Assembly (NCBI GenBank): GCA_964412505.1
Contig: CAYPOM010000005.1
Coordinates: 14,411-78,410 of the forward strand
Length of the DNA: 64,000 nt
Source of the DNA: an uncultured Alphaproteobacteria bacterium
GTDB lineage: Bacteria; Pseudomonadota; Alphaproteobacteria; UBA3830; CAYLKK01
Reading direction: 5' to 3'
The position numbers and the translations under genes were made by a program. Positions within the stretch are counted from its first letter, which is position 1. The number at the start of each line of letters is the position of its first letter. This document shows, in pieces, positions 8,827 to 17,749 of the stretch. The notes beneath the pieces are model-generated. The model searched no databases. It worked only from the letters and a program-made list of their open reading frames with translations, and was not told the DNA's origin.

Positions 8827-8940
8827 ATTTCACCTAAACTTACTATCTACAGTTTATGATAAATATGACAAATAATCCAGCTGAATTTATTACAATGGAA
8901 CAAATATTATGCATTTAAATGTATAAGCAATCTGCTCATC

Positions 8941-9881
8941 ATCATGTGTTTAATTTATTTAACATGCATTTCCAACTTACTATGTATAAAATATCATTAC
9001 AATTGTAAAAATAATCCACAGCATTTTATCGTGTTCATATTTTTTTTATCAACAATAACGAAATATTACTTGCTTTCAGAAAATATCGCTAAATCGAACA
9101 GATACAGACTGCATAAAAAATAAGCAAATCGTACAAAAGTACTGGAAACACAACGACAAACACTCTTTGACCATATATTTTCCACAAACTTTTCCACAGC
9201 AATTGTGGAACACACTCAAAGCTAGTGCTTTTGAGCTACTTTAATAGCTCTTGTTATTTAGCTTAATGATCATGTGTTGATAATTTATTTATACTGAGCC
9301 CCGGATTTAAGGCCACGGTTATCGATCGTTTTTTGTGTGATATTATTGAGTTGATTAGAGGTTTAAGTATGGGAATGATGTGAAAAAACATATACAACAG
9401 TTTGTTTATTTTTATAATTTTAAGAGATTACATCAAAATTTAAATTACAATACTCATAATAATGTGTATAATAAAATCGTGGATGGACACAGCTTCATCT
9501 ACGCGAAAGTTGAGAAAAAACGATCGCAAAAATAATACATAAATGGTCCGACTTCCGGGGCTCAATATAATTTAACATGCATTTCCAGCTTACTATGTAT
9601 AAAATATCATTACAATTGTATAAATAATCCACAGAACTTTATCGTGTTCATATTTTTTTTATCAACAATAACGAAATATTACTTGCTTTCAGAAAATATC
9701 GCTAAATCGAACAGATACAGACTGCATAAAAAATAAGCAAATCGTACAAAAGTACTGGAAACACAACGACAAACACTCTTTGACCATATATTTTCCACAA
9801 ACTTTTCCACAGCAATTGTGGAACACACTCAAAGCTAGTGTTTTTGTGCTTCTTTAATAGCTTTTGTTATTTCTGCTAATG
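8941..9881. repeat. Tandem duplication of a 328-bp unit (last 47 bp of dsbD plus 281 bp downstream), with the second unit interrupted by a MITE-like insert
   Basis: Unit 1 is 8941-9268 and unit 2 is 9269-9881. Both begin ATCATGTGTT..TAATTTATTTA and end ..TAATG. 8961-9268 aligns colinearly with 9574-9881 (308 bp). Confidence 0.85.
9288..9571. mobile_element. MITE-like non-autonomous element (~285 bp) with terminal inverted repeats
   Basis: The left end TACTGAGCCCCGGA (9292-9305) matches the right end TCCGGGGCTCAATA (9554-9567) as reverse complement at 13/14 positions. There is a subterminal inverted pair CGATCGTTTTTT / AAAAAACGATCG. It has no ORF and is absent from the otherwise colinear copy at 8941-9268. 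An AT-rich flank (ATTTA) is repeated on both sides. Confidence 0.65.
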
Positions 9882-11385
9882 TAGGAATAGTTGACAAATG
9901 TATTCCTTTTTTACAACCTGGGCCAAAAATTACATTAAATGGGATACCGCTTTGATTATGAGATATTAAAAAATCTCTAATATGTTCATCTGGATAAGTA
10001 ATATCCCCCTCCATTAATATAACATTATTTTCTTTTATTAAATTTTTAAAAGATGGAGTTCTTAACATAAATGCCTTGTTATATTGACATGTCATACACC
10101 AATCGGCTGTTATATTTACAAATACAACTTTTCCAGATTTGATATATTCCTCAATTTTTTCTGTACTAAACTTCTCCCAATTCTCTGCCATTACAGTGTT
10201 TTTTACAGACTGCTTACTATCAAATTTTGATGCAAAAAATGGAATAAAAAGAATGAGAATAGCAGATAAAATAAATGGAACTTTGAATTTACCAGCAGAT
10301 ACAAACACAATGCTATACAAAACTGTTAACAGGAATAAAAAATATAAATTCAAATGATTTGATAATAGCCAAAATAGCCACAGGAAAGCAGCACATATTC
10401 CAAGATTTAGTACTCCTTTAAACCTGTTCATCCATAATCCTGGCTTAATAAAGCTCGGAATATCTATAAAGTTTATAACCAAATAAGGCAATCCAAAACC
10501 TACAGCAATTGCACTAAATACACAAATAGTTTCATACCATGTCCCATTAATCGCAAACGTCGCAGCAGTCCCCAAAAATGGTGCAGTACAAGGAATAGCC
10601 AACACAGTAGATAAAACACCTGCAGAAAATTCTCTTATAAAAATCGAATGCCCAATCTTTTGTCCTTCCGAGTAAATGTTAAATTGAACTCTTCCATATG
10701 CAAATAGCGTAAATATAAATACTAGTAAAGCTACAGAATTTAGAAAATAAGCATTCTGAAAATGCATACCCCAACCTACCGCTGTCCCTAGGTATTTTAA
10801 TATAATAACTATGATAGACAACACAATAAAGCATGTGAAAATCCCAGCAAAAGTATACAAGTTTGTATGTTTTACATTATTAGTATGTTTCGCTCCTAAT
10901 GATCTAAGTTTTATCATCAATACTGGCAATACACATGGCATACAATTTAAAATTAAGCCACCTACTATTGCACAAAATATTATATATAGAAATGAAAATT
11001 GAGTATTGTTATCAATTTCTTTTAATAAATCATCTATATTTAGATGTATATTCTTTGTAAGGAATACACAGATATCAGAACATGCAGCAATATCAGCGAC
11101 AAGATCGACGTCAGAATGTTCTTTTGAAACTACGACATCGACTTCATAAGATGATTCATCAACTTTCGAAATTTTATCAATATTTACAAAACTATGACTA
11201 TTTGATGTTATCTCAGGAGGCTTTGCCATCTTCCAATTTTCAGGAACAGATAATTGTAGACGACATCTAATATTAGAATCACCAATATCCTGAACTGTTG
11301 ATATCGAAACTGCCACATGTTTGCTTTCAATAGAAAAAGCATTACTAGTTAATAAGAGGAACAATATGAAAAAAAATCTCAGCAT
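9835..11385 (-). CDS. dsbD: Thiol:disulfide interchange protein DsbD-like (CcdA-type membrane core plus C-terminal thioredoxin domain)
   Basis: The membrane Cys motifs LNCMPCVLPVL and AIPCTAPFLG are present. The C-terminal thioredoxin motif ADWCMTCQYN is present, along with a signal peptide. Confidence 0.8.
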   Translation of the reverse strand: MLRFFFILFLLLTSNAFSIESKHVAVSISTVQDIGDSNIRCRLQLSVPENWKMAKPPEITSNSHSFVNIDKISKVDESSYEVDVVVSKEHSDVDLVADIAACSDICVFLTKNIHLNIDDLLKEIDNNTQFSFLYIIFCAIVGGLILNCMPCVLPVLMIKLRSLGAKHTNNVKHTNLYTFAGIFTCFIVLSIIVIILKYLGTAVGWGMHFQNAYFLNSVALLVFIFTLFAYGRVQFNIYSEGQKIGHSIFIREFSAGVLSTVLAIPCTAPFLGTAATFAINGTWYETICVFSAIAVGFGLPYLVINFIDIPSFIKPGLWMNRFKGVLNLGICAAFLWLFWLLSNHLNLYFLFLLTVLYSIVFVSAGKFKVPFILSAILILFIPFFASKFDSKQSVKNTVMAENWEKFSTEKIEEYIKSGKVVFVNITADWCMTCQYNKAFMLRTPSFKNLIKENNVILMEGDITYPDEHIRDFLISHNQSGIPFNVIFGPGCKKGIHLSTIPTLAEITKAIKEAQKH

Positions 11386-11446
11386 ATGACAATCAGGATA
11401 TCAACTTCGATACGATATCATGAAATAGCAAATAAATTGTTAAATG

Positions 11447-13240
11447 TCAATTTTTTCCCATTTTCAGTGCGTCGATAAAAGTTCCGTGAGGAATTCGAAC
11501 ATTACCTATTTCTCTCATTTTTTTCTTTCCTTCTTTTTGTTTATCAAGAAGCTTGCGTTTTCTTGTTATATCACCGCCATAGCACTTTGCTGTAACGTCT
11601 TTTCTCATTGCTGAAATAGTTTCTCTCGCAATAATTTTTCCTCCAACAGCTGCTTGTATAGGGATTTGGAAAAGATGCTTAGGAATAAGCTCTTTTAGAC
11701 GTTCACAAATCTGTCTGCCTCTGTATTCTGCGTTGCTTCTGTGAACGATCATCGATAAAGCATCCACAATTTCTCCATTTACTAAAATTGTCAGCTTTAC
11801 CAAATTTTCCGTTTTATATTCATCTACTTGATAATCGAAACTTGCATATCCGCGACTTACAGATTTCAACCTATCGTAAAAATCATATACAATTTCATTT
11901 AATGGTAATAGGTATTCAACTAAAGCGCGATTCCCAACGTAAGTAAGATTTTTTTGTATCCCTCGTTTTTCTTCGCACAAAGCTAAAACGTTTCCTAAAT
12001 AATCATCTGGAACCATAATACTAGCTAAAATCCAAGGTTCTTCTATAGACTTAATCCTTGTAGGATCAGGCATATCTGCTGGGTTATGTAAGTCTAGGAC
12101 TTCCCCATTTTGTAGATGCAATCTATAGACGACACTAGGTGCTGTAGTTACTAGATCTAATCCATATTCACGCTCTAAACGAGCTTCGATAACCTCTAGA
12201 TGAAGTAAGCCTAAAAAGCCACATCTAAACCCAAATCCAAGAGCGACAGAAGTTTCTGGCTCGAATGAAAAACTAGCATCATTTAGTTGTAACTTTCCTA
12301 AACTATCTCGTAATTTTGGATAATCCGCAGCATCACATGGGAACAAGCTACAAAAAACAACCGGAATGCTTGGCTTAAAACCAGGTAGCGCTTCAGAAGC
12401 AGGCCTATTTTCCAAAGTGATAGTATCCCCTACCCTTGCATCTCCTACGCTTTTGATCCCAGCAATTATATAGCCTATTTCCCCTGCCGAAAGTTTATCT
12501 ACAGTAGTAGGCTTTGGGCCAAAAACACCTACTTTTTCAACTGTATATACAGACTTGCTAGCCATAAGCTTAATTTTCATACCTGCAGAAATGAATCCAT
12601 CTTTTATGCGAACAAGAGTAACAACACCCATGTACGGATCATACCAACTATCGACAAGCAAAGCCTTCAATGGAGCATCTAAGTCGCCGGAAGGAGCTGG
12701 AATATCTCTGACTAGATGTTCCAAAATATCTGTAATTCCTACACCAGTTTTTGCAGATGCTTCAACCGCATCTGAGCAATCCAAACCTATAACATCTTCG
12801 ATTTGTTGTTTTACTCTTTCGCAATCAGATGCTGGCAAATCTACCTTATTTAGAACTATTACTATCGAGTGATCATTATCTATTGCCTTGTAAACGTTTG
12901 CCAAAGTTTGAGCTTCTACGCCTTGCGTTGAATCAACGACTAAAATGGACCCCTCACATGCAGATAAAGATCGACTAACTTCATAAGAAAAATCGACATG
13001 TCCTGGTGTATCCATTAAATTCAAAAAATATGTATTTCCATCTTTTGCTTTATATTCTAAGCGAACTGTTTGAGCTTTAATCGTAATACCTCGTTCTTGC
13101 TCAATATCCATAGAATCCAACAGCTGTTCCTTAAACTCTCGCTGAGAAATAGCGTTGCATGCTAACATTAATCTATCTGCAAGCGAAGATTTTCCATGAT
13201 CTATATGTGCTATAATAGCAAAATTTCTAATATTTTTCAT
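11447..13240 (-). CDS. lepA: Translation elongation factor 4 (LepA)
   Basis: [30 protein letters not shown] and NKVDL GTPase motifs are present, and similarity is full length. The ATG at 13240 is preferred over the TTG at 13249. Confidence 0.95.
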   Translation of the reverse strand: MKNIRNFAIIAHIDHGKSSLADRLMLACNAISQREFKEQLLDSMDIEQERGITIKAQTVRLEYKAKDGNTYFLNLMDTPGHVDFSYEVSRSLSACEGSILVVDSTQGVEAQTLANVYKAIDNDHSIVIVLNKVDLPASDCERVKQQIEDVIGLDCSDAVEASAKTGVGITDILEHLVRDIPAPSGDLDAPLKALLVDSWYDPYMGVVTLVRIKDGFISAGMKIKLMASKSVYTVEKVGVFGPKPTTVDKLSAGEIGYIIAGIKSVGDARVGDTITLENRPASEALPGFKPSIPVVFCSLFPCDAADYPKLRDSLGKLQLNDASFSFEPETSVALGFGFRCGFLGLLHLEVIEARLEREYGLDLVTTAPSVVYRLHLQNGEVLDLHNPADMPDPTRIKSIEEPWILASIMVPDDYLGNVLALCEEKRGIQKNLTYVGNRALVEYLLPLNEIVYDFYDRLKSVSRGYASFDYQVDEYKTENLVKLTILVNGEIVDALSMIVHRSNAEYRGRQICERLKELIPKHLFQIPIQAAVGGKIIARETISAMRKDVTAKCYGGDITRKRKLLDKQKEGKKKMREIGNVRIPHGTFIDALKMGKN

Positions 13241-13249
13241 AATCAACAA

Positions 13250-14476
13250 CTAAAAATCAAAATTCACAACATCATCGACTTTTATTTCTATAATGTTACC
13301 TGTAGATCTTTCTTTTATTTCTACCATTCCAGTAGGCAATTTACGACTGCTAACTATAATTTGATATGGAAATCCAAATAGATCTGCATCAAACAATTTT
13401 TCACCTGGAGAACCTTTTTTATTTTCAAACCATACATCTACTCCGCGACTTTCTAGTTTGTTTTTTATCTCATTACAAGCGGAAACGCAATTTTCGTCAT
13501 TATAATGTAAATTTACTAAATGCACTAAATATGGAGAAATAGGTTTAGGCCAAATTATTCCTTTATCATCATGACTAGATTCAATAATTGCCCCAACTAA
13601 TCGAGAAACACCTATCCCATACGATCCCATTTCTGGGAATACTAAACTACCATTTTTATCTTGCACTGTAGCGTTCATAGATTTTGAGTATTTCGTACCA
13701 AAAAAGAAAATATGCCCAACTTCTATTCCATTAGACGTGCATAAGCTTTCTTGAGGAATAGGACATGTTTCTATAGAATATTTTTCATCTGACACTGCAT
13801 ACTGCCCATTATATTCATCATATGAATTGCAACTTAAAACGCTACTATCATAATATAACTTACTTTCACCATTTTCTGCTATGATATGAAACTCATGACT
13901 TAAATTCCCACCGATAGCACCTGGATCCGCTTGAACTGGAATTACAGAAATCCCCATTTTCTTGAATGTTTTTAAATATGCATCAAACTGCAATTTATAA
14001 CTTTCTATTGCGTCTTCTCTCGTTAAATCAAAAGAATAGCCATCTTTCATCAAAAATTCCCTAGCACGCATTACACCGAATCTTGGTCGAATTTCATCTC
14101 TAAACTTCCATTGTATTTGGTATAATCTCACAGGTAATTGCTTGTAGCTTTTAGTAGTTTTTCTGAAAATATCCGTAACTTGCTCTTCGCATGTAGGACT
14201 ATACAAAAAATCAGATCCTTTACGATCTTTAATTCTGAGCATTTCCTGTCCATAATCGTCATAGCGTCCGCTCTCAAGCCATAAATCCGCTCCTTGTATT
14301 GTAGACATGCAAACCTTTTGAAATCCTATACGAGCCTGTTCCTCATCTATTATCTTTTGGATTTTATCTAATACACGACATCCGAAAGGCAACCAACAAA
14401 AAATTCCAGATGCTGACTTTATCGCTATTTTTGCATCAGAGATCAAAGAACTTGAACATACCCCACAACTACTCAT
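13250..14476 (-). CDS. proS: Prolyl-tRNA synthetase (short alphaproteobacterial type without insertion domain)
   Basis: Class II motifs are present: WKFRDEIRPRFGVMRAREFLMKDGYSF and GSYGIGVSRL. The N-terminus is about 14 aa shorter than I expect and is Cys/Ser-rich, and an in-frame TGA lies two codons upstream of the ATG. Confidence 0.85.
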   Translation of the reverse strand: MSSCGVCSSSLISDAKIAIKSASGIFCWLPFGCRVLDKIQKIIDEEQARIGFQKVCMSTIQGADLWLESGRYDDYGQEMLRIKDRKGSDFLYSPTCEEQVTDIFRKTTKSYKQLPVRLYQIQWKFRDEIRPRFGVMRAREFLMKDGYSFDLTREDAIESYKLQFDAYLKTFKKMGISVIPVQADPGAIGGNLSHEFHIIAENGESKLYYDSSVLSCNSYDEYNGQYAVSDEKYSIETCPIPQESLCTSNGIEVGHIFFFGTKYSKSMNATVQDKNGSLVFPEMGSYGIGVSRLVGAIIESSHDDKGIIWPKPISPYLVHLVNLHYNDENCVSACNEIKNKLESRGVDVWFENKKGSPGEKLFDADLFGFPYQIIVSSRKLPTGMVEIKERSTGNIIEIKVDDVVNFDF

Positions 14477-14808
14477 ACATCACTCCAAAGATACAATAGA
14501 AAAATACTTGGTCGGATGCTAACATGAAAAATCGTTTATGGCAATGACATACTTTAATATACATATGTATTGGGACTGATCAGTTAAAAAATAGCAATTA
14601 CACATTATGAACAGAAAAATAAAAGATTCTACTAGGATATGGCCTTTTATATGAAAAGCTCTTTGTCATTAATTATGATCTAATCACTAAACTGCCGCAT
14701 TCTTAATCATAACAAATAAAAAATGCTTTTAACTCTTAGAAAATATTAATTCGTTATTAACAAAGCTAGCATATACTATCGCAAATATTATAATGCGATT
14801 TAGAAGTT

Positions 14809-16563
14809 ATGAATATCCATGAATCATACAATAAACTTATGAATAATTTTTCATTAATGTCATTAAACCCTCAAATTGCGCTCATATCATTTTTGAAAAT
14901 AAGTGCAGAAATGATGAAAGATCCAGATAAAATTAAAGATTCGCAAAAAGATCTAGTTAATAAGCTAATAGATCTATCAGAATATGCAACAAAAAAAATG
15001 CTTAATCAGGATACATCAAGTTTAAAAAAAGATGGAGATAAAAATTTCAAAGGAGATGAATGGGACGATTATTTCTACTTCGACATAGCTAAACAATATT
15101 ATCTAACTATATCAGAATGGATGAAAGATACCATAAATAACGTGGATATAATAGATCATGATTTAAAACTAAAGTCTAACTTTTTTCTAAATAGCTTTCT
15201 AGACGCAGTACACCCTAAAAACTTCCCGCTCTTAAATCCAGAAGTAATCAAAGAAACAATAAAAAACAATGGAGAAAATCTATATAAAGGTTTTGAAATG
15301 TTTCTTCAAGATTTACAAAACGGAATGATTACGACAAATGACAAATCGTTTTATAAAATAGGAGAAAATATAGCTACGACCCCAGGGAAAGTAATATTCA
15401 AGAATTCTCTTATAGAATTAATCCAATATGAACCATCTACCGATAAAGTATTTTCAACTCCACTTTTATTCATACCGCCATGGATCAATAAATTTTATAT
15501 TTTAGACTTATGTAAAGAAGAGTCTTTTGTTCAGTGGCTTGTAGATAAAGGTTTTACAGTTTTTATAATATCATGGGCTAACCCAGATAAAAGATATGCA
15601 GAATTTGGATTTGAAGATTACGCGATAGAAGGAGTAATCGAATCAATAAACAAAATACACGAAGTTACAAAATCAGCTGTAATAAATACTATAGGATATT
15701 GTGTAGGAGGAACATTAATTACTTCTATTCTAGGCGCACTATCAGATAAAAATTGCAAGATAAAACCAAAAGCGGAAATAAATTCTGCGACTCTTTTGAC
15801 GACCCCACTGGACTTTTCTCGACCTGGAGAATTATCTATATTCATTGATGAGTTTTATCTTAAGCTAATAGGCAATGACTTAGAACGAGACGGCTTATTA
15901 AGTGGGAAGGTAATGTATAACACGTTTAATGCATTAAAAGCAAATGACATGATTTGGAGGTATGTTGTAAACAGATATATGCTAGGGAACGCACCTACAC
16001 CGCATAGCATTCTTTTCTGGAATGCTGATACTATGAATATAACTAAAAATATGCAGTTATTTTTATCAAAATCGTTATATAGAGATAATATTATAAAGGA
16101 GAAAAAATTCTCATTTCTAGGAGCAGACGTAGATTTAAAGAATGTAAATGTACCAATTTATATGGTATCTATGCTAAAAGATCACCTAGTACCATGGAAA
16201 ACAACATATGATGGATTAAAACTATTTAAAAATGTTGTTAGATTCGTAGTAGGAGGATCTGGACACGTAGCTGGAGTAATAAATCCGCCTTGTAGAAATA
16301 AATACTCATATTGGACAAATTCTAATACAAATGAATCTGCAGAAAATTGGTTCGATAAAGCAACAAAACATAAAGGATCATGGTGGAACGATTTATTAGA
16401 ATGGTTAAAACCACTTTCCGGCACTTTAATACAAGCAAGAAAAATTAAAAATTATATGTATGACGCACCTGGAGTATACGTAACAAACCAGCTATCTGAA
16501 GATGATATTATTTCACCAGAGTTAATTAGGATATCTAAGAAATTAAATCAGCTTTCTAAATAA
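14809..16563 (+). CDS. phaC: Class I poly(3-hydroxyalkanoate) synthase
   Basis: 584 aa with the lipase-box-like GYCVGGT carrying the catalytic Cys. PhaC N-terminal-domain-like sequence is present (FKGDEWDD, PPWINKFYILDL). Confidence 0.8.
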   Translation: MNIHESYNKLMNNFSLMSLNPQIALISFLKISAEMMKDPDKIKDSQKDLVNKLIDLSEYATKKMLNQDTSSLKKDGDKNFKGDEWDDYFYFDIAKQYYLTISEWMKDTINNVDIIDHDLKLKSNFFLNSFLDAVHPKNFPLLNPEVIKETIKNNGENLYKGFEMFLQDLQNGMITTNDKSFYKIGENIATTPGKVIFKNSLIELIQYEPSTDKVFSTPLLFIPPWINKFYILDLCKEESFVQWLVDKGFTVFIISWANPDKRYAEFGFEDYAIEGVIESINKIHEVTKSAVINTIGYCVGGTLITSILGALSDKNCKIKPKAEINSATLLTTPLDFSRPGELSIFIDEFYLKLIGNDLERDGLLSGKVMYNTFNALKANDMIWRYVVNRYMLGNAPTPHSILFWNADTMNITKNMQLFLSKSLYRDNIIKEKKFSFLGADVDLKNVNVPIYMVSMLKDHLVPWKTTYDGLKLFKNVVRFVVGGSGHVAGVINPPCRNKYSYWTNSNTNESAENWFDKATKHKGSWWNDLLEWLKPLSGTLIQARKIKNYMYDAPGVYVTNQLSEDDIISPELIRISKKLNQLSK

Positions 16564-16631
16564 AAAATTTACGTCATACTAATTTCATTGTATGTACATA
16601 ATTAGTTGTATATACATGAAGATTTATTATT

Positions 16632-17681
16632 TTACATCTTTATAGAAATTTTGGAACCTTCTTTGATTTTTTCTAGCCCTTCACTTATGTACTCATCGCC
16701 TATGACTACACCTTCTTTTATTTCCACGTATCCATCGTAACGGCAGCCAAGAATTACTTTAATTTTCTTAGCATATACTTCTCCTGATGCTTCCTGATAT
16801 GGAACATAAATATATGCGTTATCTCCAGAAAAAGATACACTTTTTTCATATACACAAGGCGTGTTATGTTTATTCATAACTACATTAATTCTTAATGACA
16901 TTCCAGGAATTAATTTTGCATCAATATTATCAAATACACCTCGTACAGAAACAGTTCTAGAGTCCGTATCAATACGTGTAGATACAGCTAAAACATTACC
17001 TTTAAATAATTCTGTAGGATTTGATGTAGATGTTGCATAAATTTCATCACCAACAGATAACGCTAAAGCGTATTTTTCTGGGATTTGAAAATCTGCTTTA
17101 ACACGGCTTATATCATCAATTGTTGTTATCGTATCACCTTGAGCCAAAAATGCACCAACACTTATATTTTTAAATCCTAATTTTCCGCTGAATGGTGCTA
17201 CTATCTTTAACTCTTGTAATTTAGTCCTAATTAGCTCTAAATTCGCCTCTGCAGTTAAACACTTCGTTTTTTGCATTTCGAATTCTCTTTCAGAAGAAAC
17301 ACCAGATTTATGTAAAGGTTGTAAACGCTTTAATTCTCGCATTTGCTCTTGGTAATTCGCTTCTAAATTTTTTAACTCAGCTAGCTCCTGAGAATCATTG
17401 AGTTGAACAATAACTGTACCTTTCTCAACAAACTCACCATCATTAAAGAATACACCTGCAACTTTTTTGCTGACAGGAGATGTAATGATTACTCCTTCAT
17501 TTGAAACGACAGTTCCAATAGCATATATTGTATTCTCTACGTCCTTTCCAACAACTTTTCCTGTAGTGACAATAACATTTTTATCTTTTATTTTAATTTC
17601 TTTTGATTGAAAACTAACAAACGTAATCAAAACAATGCAAACAGCGCATAAAAGAAAATAATACAATAACTTGATTTTCAC
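16632..17681 (-). CDS. Efflux transporter periplasmic adaptor subunit (HlyD/MFP family)
   Basis: It has an N-terminal membrane anchor, a lipoyl/coiled-coil hairpin (AELKNLEANYQEQMRELKRLQPL...AEANLELIRTKL) and beta-barrel segments typical of MFPs. No pump gene is adjacent. Confidence 0.7.
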   Translation of the reverse strand: MKIKLLYYFLLCAVCIVLITFVSFQSKEIKIKDKNVIVTTGKVVGKDVENTIYAIGTVVSNEGVIITSPVSKKVAGVFFNDGEFVEKGTVIVQLNDSQELAELKNLEANYQEQMRELKRLQPLHKSGVSSEREFEMQKTKCLTAEANLELIRTKLQELKIVAPFSGKLGFKNISVGAFLAQGDTITTIDDISRVKADFQIPEKYALALSVGDEIYATSTSNPTELFKGNVLAVSTRIDTDSRTVSVRGVFDNIDAKLIPGMSLRINVVMNKHNTPCVYEKSVSFSGDNAYIYVPYQEASGEVYAKKIKVILGCRYDGYVEIKEGVVIGDEYISEGLEKIKEGSKISIKM

Positions 17682-17749
17682 TATATTAACCGAAACTATA
17701 CATGCTTATTATTCACTCATATTTTAATAGAAATATCAATCCGGTTTTT

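Noticed and set aside
12555-12872. Antisense ORFs within lepA, fabF, ligA, ntrY, glmS, glmU and other housekeeping genes
   Set aside because: All are nested opposite well-supported conserved CDSs and have no motifs. This entry represents the class.
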